From the NCBI GenBank assembly GCA_963786245.1, contig CAWAYI010000005.1:462840-526839 (forward strand): DNA of 64,000 nucleotides. The letters run 5' to 3'. The notes under the pieces were generated by a model, which did no database searches, was not told where the DNA came from, and saw nothing but the letters and a program-made list of their open reading frames with translations. The translations under genes were made by a program, and so were the position numbers. Positions within the stretch are counted from its first letter, which is position 1. Every line of letters begins with the position of its first letter. Below are positions 12,136 through 25,257 of this stretch, piece after piece. Origin of the DNA: an uncultured beta proteobacterium (GTDB taxonomy: Bacteria; Pseudomonadota; Gammaproteobacteria; Burkholderiales; Burkholderiaceae_C).

Positions 12136-13329
12136 ATGACCGCACGCACCCCCGGGCCGCTGGACGGCATCACCGTCGTTTCGCTCGAGCACGCCATCGC
12201 GGCGCCGTTCTGCACCCGCCAGCTGGCCGACCTGGGTGCCCGCGTCATCAAGGTCGAGCGGCCCGGCGCGGGCGACTTCGCCCGCGCCTACGACACGCGG
12301 GTGAAGGGACTGGCCTCGCACTTCGTCTGGACCAACCGGTCCAAGGAAAGCCTCACGCTCGACCTCAAGCAGCCCGGCGCATTGGCGGTGCTCATGCAGT
12401 TGCTGGTCCGCGCCGACGTGCTGGTGCAGAACCTCGCGCCGGGCGCCGCCGCCCGCATGGGGCTGGGGCACGAAGACCTGCGCACGGCGCACCCGCGGCT
12501 CATCGTCTGCGACATCTCGGGCTATGGCGATGACGGGCCGTACCGCGACAAGAAGGCCTACGACCTGCTGATCCAGAGCGAGGCCGGCTTCCTGTCCGTG
12601 ACCGGCACGCCGGAGTCCCCGAGCAAGGCGGGCAACTCGGTGGCCGACATCGCGGCCGGCATGTATGCGTACACCGGCATCCTCTCGGCGCTGCTGCTGC
12701 GCGGCAAGACCGGGCAGGGCAGCCACATCGACGTGTCCATGCTCGAATCCCTGGCCGAGTGGATGAGCTACCCGATGTACTACGCCTTCGACGGCGCGCC
12801 ACCGCCGCCGCGCACCGCCGCATCGCACGCCAGCATCTACCCGTATGGCCCGTTCGACGCGGGCGACGGCGGCACCGTGATGCTCGGGCTGCAGAACGAG
12901 CGCGAGTGGCTGGCTTTCTGCGAGGTCGTATTGCAGGACGCGGCCATCGCGACCGACCCGCGTTTCGACAGCAATGCCCGGCGCAACGAGCATCGCGACG
13001 CGCTCAAGGCGATCATCCTGGAGGTCTTTGCCGCCATGACGACCCAGCAGGTGCTGGCCCGGCTGGACGAGGCGCAGATCGCCAATGCGCGCATGAACGA
13101 CATGGCGGGCCTGTGGGCGCACCCGCAGCTGGCGGCGCGCGGGCGCTGGCGGCAGGTCGGCTCCCCGGCCGGCGACATCCCGGCGTTGCTGCCACCCGGG
13201 CGCACCGACGGTTTCGACTACCGCATGGACCCGGTTCCGTCTGTCGGGCAGCATACGGAAGCCATCCTGCGCGAGCTGGGGCTCGGCGATGCGCAGATCG
13301 CCGCGCTGCGGCAAAGTGCAGCCATCTGA
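12136..13329 (+). CDS. Class III CoA-transferase (CaiB/BaiF; itaconate CoA-transferase-like)
   Basis: PLDGITVVSLEHAIAAPFCTRQLADLGARVIKVERP, NRSKES, KKAYDLLIQ. Confidence 0.9.
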   Translation: MTARTPGPLDGITVVSLEHAIAAPFCTRQLADLGARVIKVERPGAGDFARAYDTRVKGLASHFVWTNRSKESLTLDLKQPGALAVLMQLLVRADVLVQNLAPGAAARMGLGHEDLRTAHPRLIVCDISGYGDDGPYRDKKAYDLLIQSEAGFLSVTGTPESPSKAGNSVADIAAGMYAYTGILSALLLRGKTGQGSHIDVSMLESLAEWMSYPMYYAFDGAPPPPRTAASHASIYPYGPFDAGDGGTVMLGLQNEREWLAFCEVVLQDAAIATDPRFDSNARRNEHRDALKAIILEVFAAMTTQQVLARLDEAQIANARMNDMAGLWAHPQLAARGRWRQVGSPAGDIPALLPPGRTDGFDYRMDPVPSVGQHTEAILRELGLGDAQIAALRQSAAI

Positions 13330-13337
13330 AAGCCATC

Positions 13338-15832
<2,495 letters not shown>

Positions 15833-15892
15833 CGCCTCCCGCGCCGCCGGGGCGCGCGTCCCGGCGGTCCATCACGACAGGAGGAGGCGACG

Positions 15893-16504
15893 ATGAAATT
15901 CCTGGAACACCTGGAAGAGTGGCTGATCACCTTCCTGATGGCCTCGGCCACGCTGCTCATCTTCGTGGCGGTGCTGCACCGGTATGCCGCGGGCATGGCG
16001 ATCCCGGTGCTGCAGGACGCGCTGCTCAAGATCGACCTGTCCTGGGCGCAGGAGCTGTGCATCTACATGTTCGTGTGGATGGCCAAGTTCGGCGCTGCCT
16101 ACGGCGTGCGCACGGGCATCCACGTGGGGGTCGACGTCCTGATCAACCGGCTGCCCGGCGCCACCCGCAAGGCCTACGTGCTGTTCGGCCTGCTGGCCGG
16201 GGCCACTTTCACGGCCATCGTCGGCACGCTCGGCGCGACTTTCACCTGGGACGTCGCGCACACCAGCTCCACGTCGCCCGACCTGGAGATCCCGAAGTGG
16301 ATCGTCTACCTGTGCATTCCGCTCGGGTCGTACCTGATGTGCTTCCGCTTCCTGCAGGTGGCGTGGCATTTCGCGCGCACCGGTGAGCTGCCGCACCACG
16401 ACGTGGCGCATGTCGAGGGGATCGAGGCGACGCCCGACATCAATCCCTACAACATGGCGGACAACCTGCACCCGCTGGCGGTGGAAGAAGGAGGCAAGCC
16501 ATGA
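15893..16504 (+). CDS. dctQ: TRAP small permease DctQ
   Basis: WAQELCIYMFVW, HVGVD; four hydrophobic segments. Confidence 0.9.
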   Translation: MKFLEHLEEWLITFLMASATLLIFVAVLHRYAAGMAIPVLQDALLKIDLSWAQELCIYMFVWMAKFGAAYGVRTGIHVGVDVLINRLPGATRKAYVLFGLLAGATFTAIVGTLGATFTWDVAHTSSTSPDLEIPKWIVYLCIPLGSYLMCFRFLQVAWHFARTGELPHHDVAHVEGIEATPDINPYNMADNLHPLAVEEGGKP

Positions 16505-17895
16505 GCACGCTGGTGCGGCCGGTCCCGGCGAACGCCCCCCGCTGGCCGGCGCTCGTCCCGGTGCTCATCCTCGCGCTGCCGTTCCTGCTCAAGTTGGCCG
16601 GCGTGCCGGTCAACAACGCATGGATCATCTTCTCGCTGTTGTTCGGCCTCATGCTGACGGGCATGCCCATCTCGATCTCGCTGGGCCTCACGGTGCTGAC
16701 CTACCTGTTCACGATGACCACCGTGCCGATCGAATCGGTGGCGCTGAAGCTGTTCACCGGCATCGAGAAGTTCGAGATCATGGCGATCCCGTTCTTCATC
16801 CTGGCCGGCAACTTCCTGACCCACGGCGGCGTCGCCCGGCGGATGATCAGCTTCGCGACGTCGATGGTGGGCCACTGGCACGGCGGGCTGGGGCTGGCGG
16901 GCGTGGTGGCCTGCGCACTGTTCGCCGCGGTTTCGGGAAGCTCCCCGGCGACGGTGGTCGCCATCGGCTCCATCATCCTGCCGGCGATGATCAAGCAGGG
17001 TTTTCCCGCCCGCTTCGGCGCCGGCGTCATCACCACGTCCGGCGCGCTCGGCATCCTGATCCCGCCGTCCATCGTGATGGTGATGTACGCAGTCGCGACC
17101 AACACCTCGGTCGGCGCGCTTTTCATCGCCGGCATCATCCCCGGCCTGGTGCTGGCCTCGCTGCTCGGCCTCACGACCTGGTGGCGGGCCCGCAAATTCA
17201 ACTACCCGCGCCAGCCGGCCGCGAGCGCGCGCGAGCGGCTCCTCGCGTTCCGCGATGCGATCTGGGGGCTGTCGCTGATCGTCATCGTGATCGGCGGGAT
17301 CTACAGCGGCATCTTCACGCCGACCGAAGCGGCCGCCATGAGCGCCGTCTACGCGTTCTTCGTCGCGGTGTTCGTGTACCGGGACATGAACCTGCGGCAG
17401 GTGCGCAAGGTCCTGCTGGACTCGGCCAACATGTCCGCGATGCTGCTGTACATCATCACCAATGCGGTGATGTTCAGCTACCTGATGACATCGGAAAACA
17501 TCCCCCAGGAGCTCGCCGCCTGGATGCTGGACAAGCACCTGGGCGCCGTGGCCTTCCTGCTGTTCGTGAACATCATCCTGCTGCTGGCCGGCAACGTGAT
17601 GGAGCCGTCGTCGATCGTGCTGATCATGGCGCCCATCCTGTTTCCCGTCGCCATGAAGCTGGGCATCGACCCGGTGCACTTCGGCATCATGATGACCGTG
17701 AACATGGAGGTGGGGATGTGCCATCCGCCGGTCGGCTTGAACCTCTACGTCGCATCGGGGATTGCCAAGATGGGGATCACCGAGCTCACCATCGCCGTCT
17801 GGCCGTGGCTGCTGACGATGCTGATCTTCCTGGTGCTGGTCACCTACTGGCCGGCCATGTCGATATGGCTGCCCCAGACGCTGGGAATGATGTGA
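16501..17895 (+). CDS. dctM: TRAP large permease DctM
   Basis: AIPFFILAG, AVSGSSPAT, LIPPSI, FTPTEAAA, HPPVGLNL. Confidence 0.93.
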   Translation: MSTLVRPVPANAPRWPALVPVLILALPFLLKLAGVPVNNAWIIFSLLFGLMLTGMPISISLGLTVLTYLFTMTTVPIESVALKLFTGIEKFEIMAIPFFILAGNFLTHGGVARRMISFATSMVGHWHGGLGLAGVVACALFAAVSGSSPATVVAIGSIILPAMIKQGFPARFGAGVITTSGALGILIPPSIVMVMYAVATNTSVGALFIAGIIPGLVLASLLGLTTWWRARKFNYPRQPAASARERLLAFRDAIWGLSLIVIVIGGIYSGIFTPTEAAAMSAVYAFFVAVFVYRDMNLRQVRKVLLDSANMSAMLLYIITNAVMFSYLMTSENIPQELAAWMLDKHLGAVAFLLFVNIILLLAGNVMEPSSIVLIMAPILFPVAMKLGIDPVHFGIMMTVNMEVGMCHPPVGLNLYVASGIAKMGITELTIAVWPWLLTMLIFLVLVTYWPAMSIWLPQTLGMM

Positions 17896-18584
17896 TGGCG
17901 CGCCCGCTGGTCACCGACGAGGCCGATTTCTTCCAGGGCGAGATTCCTGTCACCGGGGCGCGCGTGGTCGAACTCGGCTGCGGGAAGGCTGCATTCGCGC
18001 GGGCCTTGTTGCAGCGCGGCATCGCCGCTTCGGTGGCGGCGTTCGAGGTCGACCCGGTGCAACACGCCGCCAACCTGGCCGCGCCGTCGGTGCCGGGCCT
18101 GCATTTCGGCCTGGCCGGCGCGCAGGCCATTCCGCTGCCCGACGCCTCGTGCGATGTCGCCGTGATGCTGAAGTCGCTCCACCATGTGCCGATGGAACTG
18201 CTCGACCGCGCCCTGGCCGAGGTCCGGCGCGTCCTGGCCAGGGACGGCTGGCTCTATGTGTCCGAGCCGGTGTACGCGGGAGAGTTCAACGACATCGTCA
18301 AGCTCTTTCACGACGAAGGCAAGGTGCGCGCGGCGGCCTACGCGGCCCTGCAGCGAGCGGCGGCAAGCGGCTTGTTGCGCTGGGAGCGCGAAGTGGTGTT
18401 CGACACGCCGCTGCACTTTCGCGACTTCGATGACTTCGTCGATCGCATCGTGCGTGTGACGCATTCGGACATCGCCCTGGCGCCCGAGGTCGTGGACGAG
18501 GTGCGACAGCGGTTCGAACACTTCCAGCGGCCCGGCGGCGCGGACTTCGTCCGGCAGATGCGGGTCAACATCCTGCGCGCGTAG
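17895..18584 (+). CDS. Class I SAM-dependent methyltransferase
   Basis: Motif I RVVELGCGKA and CDVAVMLKSLHHV; the ATG overlaps the dctM stop (TGATG). Confidence 0.82.
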   Translation: MARPLVTDEADFFQGEIPVTGARVVELGCGKAAFARALLQRGIAASVAAFEVDPVQHAANLAAPSVPGLHFGLAGAQAIPLPDASCDVAVMLKSLHHVPMELLDRALAEVRRVLARDGWLYVSEPVYAGEFNDIVKLFHDEGKVRAAAYAALQRAAASGLLRWEREVVFDTPLHFRDFDDFVDRIVRVTHSDIALAPEVVDEVRQRFEHFQRPGGADFVRQMRVNILRA

Positions 18585-18611
18585 CAGGCGCAGGTGAACG
18601 GCGGGCGGCGC

Positions 18612-19418
18612 CTACTGGGCCGTCCAGCCCCCGTCCACCGGGATGGCAGTGCCGGTCAGGTTGTGGGCCGCCGGCTCGCACAGCCAGGTGACCAGCCGCG
18701 CGATTTCACCCGGCAGCGAGGTGCGCAGGCTGGGCTGCTTTTCCTTCAGCAGGTCGCGGATGGCTTCCTCGCGCCCGGTGCCCAGCTGCTGCGCACGCAG
18801 GTCGATCTGCGGCTGGATGATCGCCGTCTCGGTCCAGCCCGGGCAGATGCAGTTGACCGTCACGCCGCCGCTCTCGCGGCTGCCGGCACTGGCGTATTCC
18901 AGCGCCGCCACGCGGCTCATGCCCACCAGGGCGAACTTGGCCGCCACGTAGGGGGCCTTGTTGATCGAAGCCACGAGCCCGTGCACCGACGCGATGTTGA
19001 CCACGCGCCCGTAGCCGCGCTGCGCCATGTGCGGCAGCGCCAGCCGCATGGTGTCGAAGGCGGCCGACAGGTTGATCGCGATGATGTCGTCCCATTTCGC
19101 GCGCGGCATCTCGGCCAGGGGCGCCGTGTGCTGGATGCCGGCGTTGTTGACCAGGATGTGCAGAGGCAAGGCCAGGACCTTGTTCATCATCTCCTGCACT
19201 TGCGCAGCCTCGCGCAGGTTGTGGGTGAGCACCTCGACGGTGGGGGCGCCGGCCTCCAGCATGGCGGTGCGGGCTTCCTGGGCCTGGGCCGGCGTGGCCA
19301 GCCCGTGCAGCACGATGGCGCAGCCTTGCCGGGCCAGGGCCTCGGCAATCGCCAGGCCAATGCCCTGGACGGATCCGGTCACCAGGGCGCGGCGGCCCTT
19401 CAACGGCGTGTCGTTCAT
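18612..19418 (-). CDS. bdhA: 3-hydroxybutyrate dehydrogenase (SDR)
   Basis: TGSVQGIG, NNAGIQH, ASVHGLVAS, KAPYVAAK, CPGW, EKQPS, VDGGWTAQ. Confidence 0.85.
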   Translation of the reverse strand: MNDTPLKGRRALVTGSVQGIGLAIAEALARQGCAIVLHGLATPAQAQEARTAMLEAGAPTVEVLTHNLREAAQVQEMMNKVLALPLHILVNNAGIQHTAPLAEMPRAKWDDIIAINLSAAFDTMRLALPHMAQRGYGRVVNIASVHGLVASINKAPYVAAKFALVGMSRVAALEYASAGSRESGGVTVNCICPGWTETAIIQPQIDLRAQQLGTGREEAIRDLLKEKQPSLRTSLPGEIARLVTWLCEPAAHNLTGTAIPVDGGWTAQ

Positions 19419-20928
19419 GATTTGCTTTCCTTCAGTTGGTCGCGCAGCGCGGTCTTGAGCACCTTGCCGTAGTTGTTCTTGGGCAGCGCGTCGACGATGC
19501 GGTACTGCTTGGGCCGCTTGAAGCGCGCGATATGCTGCAGGCACACGTCGTCCAGTTGCGCCGTGTCGAGCCGGACCCCCGGGCGTGCCACGACGAAGGC
19601 CACCACCACTTCGCCCCATTCCGGGTCCGGCGCACCCACGACGGACACCTCGGCGACGCCGGGCGCGAGCAGCAGCACTTCCTCCACCTCGCGCGGGTAG
19701 ATGTTGGAGCCGCCGCTGATGATCATGTCCTTGCTGCGGTCCTTGAGCGTGAGGAAACCGTCCGCGTCCAGCGCGCCCATGTCGCCGGTGAAGAGCCAGC
19801 CGTCACGAAGGGCCGCCGCGGTTGCATGGGCGTCGCGCCAGTAGCCGGCCATCACCGTGTCGCCCCGCACCAGCACCTCGCCGACTTCGCCGATGGGCAA
19901 CGGCGTGCCCCTCGGGTCCGCGATCGCGCACTTCCACCGGCGTCTGCGGCCACGCCGACCGAGGCGAGGCGCTGCGCGTGGCGTGGGTGATCCGTGTCGG
20001 CGAGCTGCGCGCGCGAAAGCGCCGTGATGACCATCGGGCTCTCGCCCTGGCCGTAGATCTGGACGAACCGCTGTCCCATCACGCGGATGGCGCGCTCGAT
20101 GTCCGCGGCGTACATGGGCGCGCCGCCATACACGATGGTCTTGATGCCCGTGCAATCCGCGCCGGTCGCCTCGGCATGGTCCACCAGCCGCTTGACGATG
20201 GTCGGCGCGGCGAACATCGACAGCCGGCCGATGGCGCCGGCCGCCTCGAAGACCTCCGCCGCGTCGAAGCCGCCCGATGCCGGGACGACGTGGCGCGCGC
20301 CCGCCATGACGTGCGGAATGGCGTAGATGCCGCCGCCGTGCGACATGGGCGCCGCGTAGAAGATGGCGTCGCGCCGGTCGATGGGATCCACGTCGACGAA
20401 GTAGGTGAGGCCCATGGTGACCAGGTTGCGATGGCTCAGCATCACGCCCTTGGGCTTGCCGGTGGTGCCGCTGGTGTAGAACAGCCAGGCCAGGTCCTCC
20501 GGTGCCCGCTCGGCCAGGGGCGCGGGCGGCTGCGCGAGCATCGCTTCGTAGTCGCTGCCGGTCACGTCGATCGTGCGGCCCGGCGCAGCCAGGCCTTCGC
20601 CGACATCGGGCGTGACGAACGCCCAGAGCGCCTGCGAGTGGTCGACGATCCACTGCGCTTCGCGCAGGTGCAGCTTGGCGTTCATCGGCACGACCACCAG
20701 GCCGGCCCACCAGGCGCCGTACAGCAGCTCGAGGTACGCGGGATGGTTGCGCATGAACAGCGCCACGCGGTCGCCGGGCTTCAGGCCCGCCGCGTGGAAG
20801 GCCGACGCCAGGCGCGCCACGCGGTCGGCGAGGGCGCCGTAGTCTCGCAGCAGGCGGGCGCCTTCGAAAAGGGCGGGGCGGCGCGGGTCGGCCAGCGCCA
20901 CCCTCAGGAGCGATTGCGCCAGGTTCAT
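19415..20928 (-). CDS. AMP-binding acyl-CoA synthetase (frameshift near 19935)
   Basis: [49 protein letters not shown]. Confidence 0.9.
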
Positions 20929-22096
20929 CGGACCGCCTCGAGGATGGACACGCAGTTTGCCACCGCCGAGCCACCCATGTTGAACACGCCTGCCAGCTTC
21001 GCGCCGGGCACCTGGATGTCGCCCGCGGTGCCGGTGAGCTGCATGCAGGCCAGCACGTGCATGGACACGCCCGTGGCGCCGATGGGATGGCCCTTGGCCT
21101 TGAGCCCGCCTGAGGGGTTGATGGGCAGCTTGCCGCCCGGGCATCACCGTGCCGTCTTCCAGCAACCGCGCGCCCTGGCCCGGTTCGGCCAGTCCCATCG
21201 CCTCGTAGGTGAGCAGCTCGGCGATGGTGAAGCAGTCGTGCACCTCGGCGAAGCTCAGGTCCTGCAGCTGCACGCCCGGCGCGCTGCAGCGCGAGCTTCC
21301 ACGCGAGCCTGGGCCCTTCGAACGACAGGAAGTCGCGCCTGGACATCGGCAGGAAGTCGTTGACGTGGGCCGTGCCGCGAAAGCGGATCGCGCGCCGGGC
21401 TTCGCCGCTGCGTGCGTCGCTGCGCAGCACCAGCGCGGCGGCGCCGTCGGAGACCAGCGAGCAGTCGGTCTTGCGCAGCGGTGCAGCGACCATCGGGTTC
21501 TTGTCGGAGACGGTGTTGCAGAAGTCGAAGCCCAGGTCGCGCCGCAGGTGCGCCAGCGGGTTGCGCGCGCCGTTGGCGTGGTTCTTGGCCGCGATGCGCG
21601 CCAGCGTCGCGCCGTGGTCGCCGTAGCGCTCGAAATAGGCCTGCGCGAAGCGCGCGAAGATCCCGGCGAAAGTCAGGCCCTGGTCCGCCTCCTCGGGCAC
21701 GTAGCTGGCATTGGCCAGGGCGGCGGTCACTTCGCTGCCGCTGACGCCGGTCATCTTCTCCGCGCCGACGACCAGGACGGTGTTGGCCTTGCCGGCTTCG
21801 ATGGCCGCCATCGCCTGGTACAGGGCCGCGGTGCCGGTGGCGCATGCGTTTTCCACGCGCGTCGAAGGGCACCAGCGCAGGCCAGGTTCGGCCTGGTGCG
21901 GGTAGGAGCTCACGAAGTTCTCGCGCACCATGCCCATGCCGGCGTGCCCGACGAACACGGCGTCCACTTCGCTCGCATCGACGTGCGCGTGCTGCAGGGC
22001 TTGCGTGGTGGCTTGCCCCACCAGTGCTTCGAGGTCCAGGGCGTCGAGCTTGCCGAAGGGCAGGTGGCTCCAGCCGACGATGTAGGGAGTGGGCAT
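20925..22096 (-). CDS. Thiolase-family acetyl-CoA acetyltransferase, SCP2-type (frameshifts near 21275 and 21140)
   Basis: [43 protein letters not shown]. Confidence 0.88.
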
Positions 22097-22163
22097 GCGG
22101 TGCTCCGGGAGGGTCGAGAGGAAAACCCCTGAAGGTAGCCCGCCGCGGCGGGCGCGGCTATAG

Positions 22164-22205
22164 CGTAGAAATACCTCCGGCCCGGCCCTATGGAGTAACT
22201 CTACG
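22164..22205. promoter_or_regulatory. Inverted pair of 11-bp boxes, candidate LuxR-type operator
   Basis: CGTAGAAATAC (22164-22174) and GTAACTCTACG (22195-22205; reverse complement CGTAGAGTTAC) between divergent operons. Confidence 0.45.
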
Positions 22206-22362
22206 TCTGGCGCCGCCTGCCTCAGGCCCCTACGCTTGCGTTCCACGCGGCCGGCGCCATCGACGCCACGCCTGGAACGCTCTCGGTTCCGAACGCCGCG
22301 AGAGGAAGGCCCGCCAGAGGCCGCCGCTCAGGGAGTCTTCTTGTAGTTTCAGGAGACAAGTC

Positions 22363-23497
22363 ATGAATGCAAAGCTGATCGTCCGCACCGCGTGCGCCCT
22401 CGCCGTCGCCGCCTGGCAACTTCCGGTGCAGGCCGCGGACATCGTGGTGGGGCAGCTCGCGCCCCTGACCGGGGTGCTGGCCAGCACCGGGCACCAGATG
22501 GTGGTGGGCGGCAAGATCTATTTCGACTACATCAACGCCACCGGGGGCGTGGCCGGCCAGAAGATCAAGCTGGTCGTCCAGGACGATGGCTACAAGGTGG
22601 ACGAGACCGTGCGCGCTGACGCGCGAGTTGCTGGCCCGGCCCGAAGTTGTCGCGCTGTTCGGGTTTGCGGGCACGTCCAACGTCGGCAAGCTGCTCACCG
22701 ACGGCGTGCTGGAGCAGGGCGGCGCGGCGCTGGTCGCCCCGTACACCGGCGGCGAGCCGCTGCGCACGCCGTTCAACCGCTGGATCTTCCACGTGCGGGC
22801 GGGCTACGCGGACGAAGCCGAGCACATGGTCCAGCAGGTCACCACGCTGGGCATGAACCGGGTCGCCGTGATGTACCAGGACGACGCCTTCGGCAAGGCC
22901 GGCCTCGAGGGCGTGCAGAAGGCACTGGGCAAGCGCGGGCTCAAGCTGTCCGCCGCGGCATCCTACGAGCGCAATACCGACAAGGTGGACGACGCGGTGG
23001 CGAAGGTGAAGCAGTCGGACGCACAGGCCGTGATCATGGTCTCGGTGAACAAGCCGACATCGGCCTTCATCAAGCGCTACCGCGAGGGCGGGGGCGGCGC
23101 CCAGCTCTACAACATCTCGGTGGTCGACCCGGCGGAGATCGTGAAGCTGGCGGGCCTGAAGAACGCGCACGGCCTGGGCATCAGCCAGGTGGTGCCCTAT
23201 CCCTACATGCCGAACCTGCCGGCCATCCGCGAGTACCAGAACCTGCTGGCCAAGTTCGCGCCGGGCGAACAGGTCAACTACACCAGCTTCGAGCAGTTCC
23301 TGGGCGCCAAGGTGCTGGTGGAGGCGCTGCGCCGCGCCGGCGCCAACCCGACGCGCGCCAAGGTGCTCAAGGCGCTGGAGGGCCTGGCCCATTTCGACCT
23401 GGGCGGCATCACCGTCAGCTACTCGCCGGAGAACCGCGTGGGGTCGCGCTACGTGGAAGTCACCGTGATCGGCGGCGCCGGCAAGCTGCTGAAGTGA
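22363..23497 (+). CDS. ABC substrate-binding protein, LivK/PBP1 type (frameshift near 22612)
   Basis: Signal peptide, VGQLAPLTG, INATGGVAGQKI, DDGY, YQDDAFG. Confidence 0.85.
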
Positions 23498-23503
23498 CCG
23501 GCC

Positions 23504-24064
23504 TCAGCCGCTGACCAGGCGGGCCACCAGTTCACCGTTGGTGGCGGCCGAGAACTTCTTCATCAGCCGCCCGCGGTGGGCCTCCACCGTGCGCGGGCTG
23601 ATGCCCAGCTTGCGGGCGATCTGCTTGCTGGTGGCGCCGGTGGCCAGTTGCTGGGCGATCTCGCGCTCGCGCAAGGTGAGCGTCGTGGTCACCGGCCGGC
23701 GCCTGGAGATGTCCTCGAACATCCAGACGGCGCAGGCGAACGGGTTGGAACGGTCCAGCGCCCGGCCGGCCACATGGCACCAGAACAGCTCGCCGTTCTT
23801 GCGCCGCATGATCCGCTCGTCGCTGTACACGCCCGTATCGCGCATGACCGGCAGGCCCAGGTTGCCCACGTGCGCGAACTCGTCCAGCGACGGGTACAGC
23901 GGCGCCAGCGGCTTGCCGACCAGCTCGCCGACGTCGTAGCCGAACATCCGCGCGAAGGCTTCGTTGCAGATTTCGACCACCCGGTCGCGGGAGACGCACA
24001 TGCCCACCGGCGCCAGGTTGAAGGCCAGCTGAAGGGTCTGGGCGGTGTCCGCGGCGCTCGTCAT
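23504..24064 (-). CDS. PAS + LuxR-HTH transcriptional regulator
   Basis: CNEAFARMFGY and ERIMRRKNGELFWC (PAS/PAC); LTLREREIA and ISPRTVEAHR (LuxR HTH). Confidence 0.9.
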   Translation of the reverse strand: MTSAADTAQTLQLAFNLAPVGMCVSRDRVVEICNEAFARMFGYDVGELVGKPLAPLYPSLDEFAHVGNLGLPVMRDTGVYSDERIMRRKNGELFWCHVAGRALDRSNPFACAVWMFEDISRRRPVTTTLTLREREIAQQLATGATSKQIARKLGISPRTVEAHRGRLMKKFSAATNGELVARLVSG

Positions 24065-24205
24065 ACGGCCCGATTCTGCCGCCGGACTCGCCGGGCAACT
24101 ACTAGCGAATACCTTTAGGGGCGCGGCGGGCGCGCAATGCATCCCGGGTTGGGAGGAAAATGGGCACTGCCCCGCGCCGGCCCCCCATCCTTTGCGAAAG
24201 AAAAA

Positions 24206-25189
24206 ATGTTCAAAGCCCTGGTCCTCGAAAAGAACCCCGATTTCAGTGCTTCGGTGCGCGACGTCGACGACACCTTCCTGCCCGAGGGCGACGTCACCGT
24301 GGACATCGACTACTCCACGATCAATTACAAGGACGCGCTCGCCATCACCAACCGCTCGCCGGTGGTGCGCAGCTGGCCCATGGTGGCCGGCATCGACGGC
24401 TCGGGCACCGTGACGGCCAGCGATTCGGCGCAGTGGAAGCCCGGCGACCAGGTCGTCCTCAACGGTTTCGGCGTGGGCGAGACCCACAAGGGCTGCCTGG
24501 CGGAACGCGCCCGGCTCAAGGGCCAGTGGCTGATCCGCCGGCCGCAGCGCTTCAGCGCGAAGCAGGCGATGGCCATCGGCACGGCCGGCTACACCGCGAT
24601 GCTGTGCGTGCTGGCGCTGGAGCGGCATGGCGTGAAGGCCGGCGACGGCGAGGTGCTGGTGACGGGCGCGACGGGTGGCGTTGGTTCCACGGCCATCGCG
24701 CTGCTGTCCAAACTGGGCTACCGGGTCGTGGCGGCCACGGGCAAGGCGTCGGAAGAGGCTTACCTGAAGTCGCTGGGTGCCGCCGCCATCATCGACCGCG
24801 CGGAACTGGCCGCGCCGGGCAAGCCGCTGCAGAAGGAGCGCTGGAGCGGCGTGGTGGACGCCGTGGGCAGCCACACGCTGGTCAATGCGTGCGCGCAGAC
24901 GCGCTATGGCGGCGCGGTGGCGGCCTGCGGCCTCGCGCAAGGCATGGACCTGCCGGGCAGCGTCGCGCCTTTCATCCTTCGCGGCGTGTCCTTGTTGGGC
25001 GTGGACAGCGTGATGGCGCCACTGGCGTTGCGCGAGCAGGCCTGGAGCCGGCTGGCCGAGGACCTGGATGCGGCGAAGCTCGACGCCATCACCACGGAAG
25101 TACCCTTGGCCGAAGCCGTAGCGGCTGCGCAGCGGCTGATGGACGGGCAAGTCCGCGGTCGCATTGTGGTGCGCACTCGGGGCGGTTGA
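24206..25189 (+). CDS. acuI: MDR oxidoreductase, AcuI/YhdH (acryloyl-CoA reductase-like)
   Basis: YSTINYKDAL, AMAIGTAGYTAML, VTGATGGVGS, PFILRGVSLLGVDSV. Confidence 0.85.
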   Translation: MFKALVLEKNPDFSASVRDVDDTFLPEGDVTVDIDYSTINYKDALAITNRSPVVRSWPMVAGIDGSGTVTASDSAQWKPGDQVVLNGFGVGETHKGCLAERARLKGQWLIRRPQRFSAKQAMAIGTAGYTAMLCVLALERHGVKAGDGEVLVTGATGGVGSTAIALLSKLGYRVVAATGKASEEAYLKSLGAAAIIDRAELAAPGKPLQKERWSGVVDAVGSHTLVNACAQTRYGGAVAACGLAQGMDLPGSVAPFILRGVSLLGVDSVMAPLALREQAWSRLAEDLDAAKLDAITTEVPLAEAVAAAQRLMDGQVRGRIVVRTRGG

Positions 25190-25257
25190 CAGCCGCGCGG
25201 ACGCTGCGCATCATGGCCGCCTCCCGGGACATCCCCGGCCCAGCAAGGAGAACCACC

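Noticed and set aside
19415-22246. 943-aa thiolase-ligase fusion ORF
   Set aside because: The middle is off-frame nonsense joined by compensating indels
22206-22362. Possible riboswitch in the leader of the binding-protein gene (CTCTCG..CGAGAG hairpin)
   Set aside because: No recognisable aptamer consensus; short GC hairpins are expected by chance
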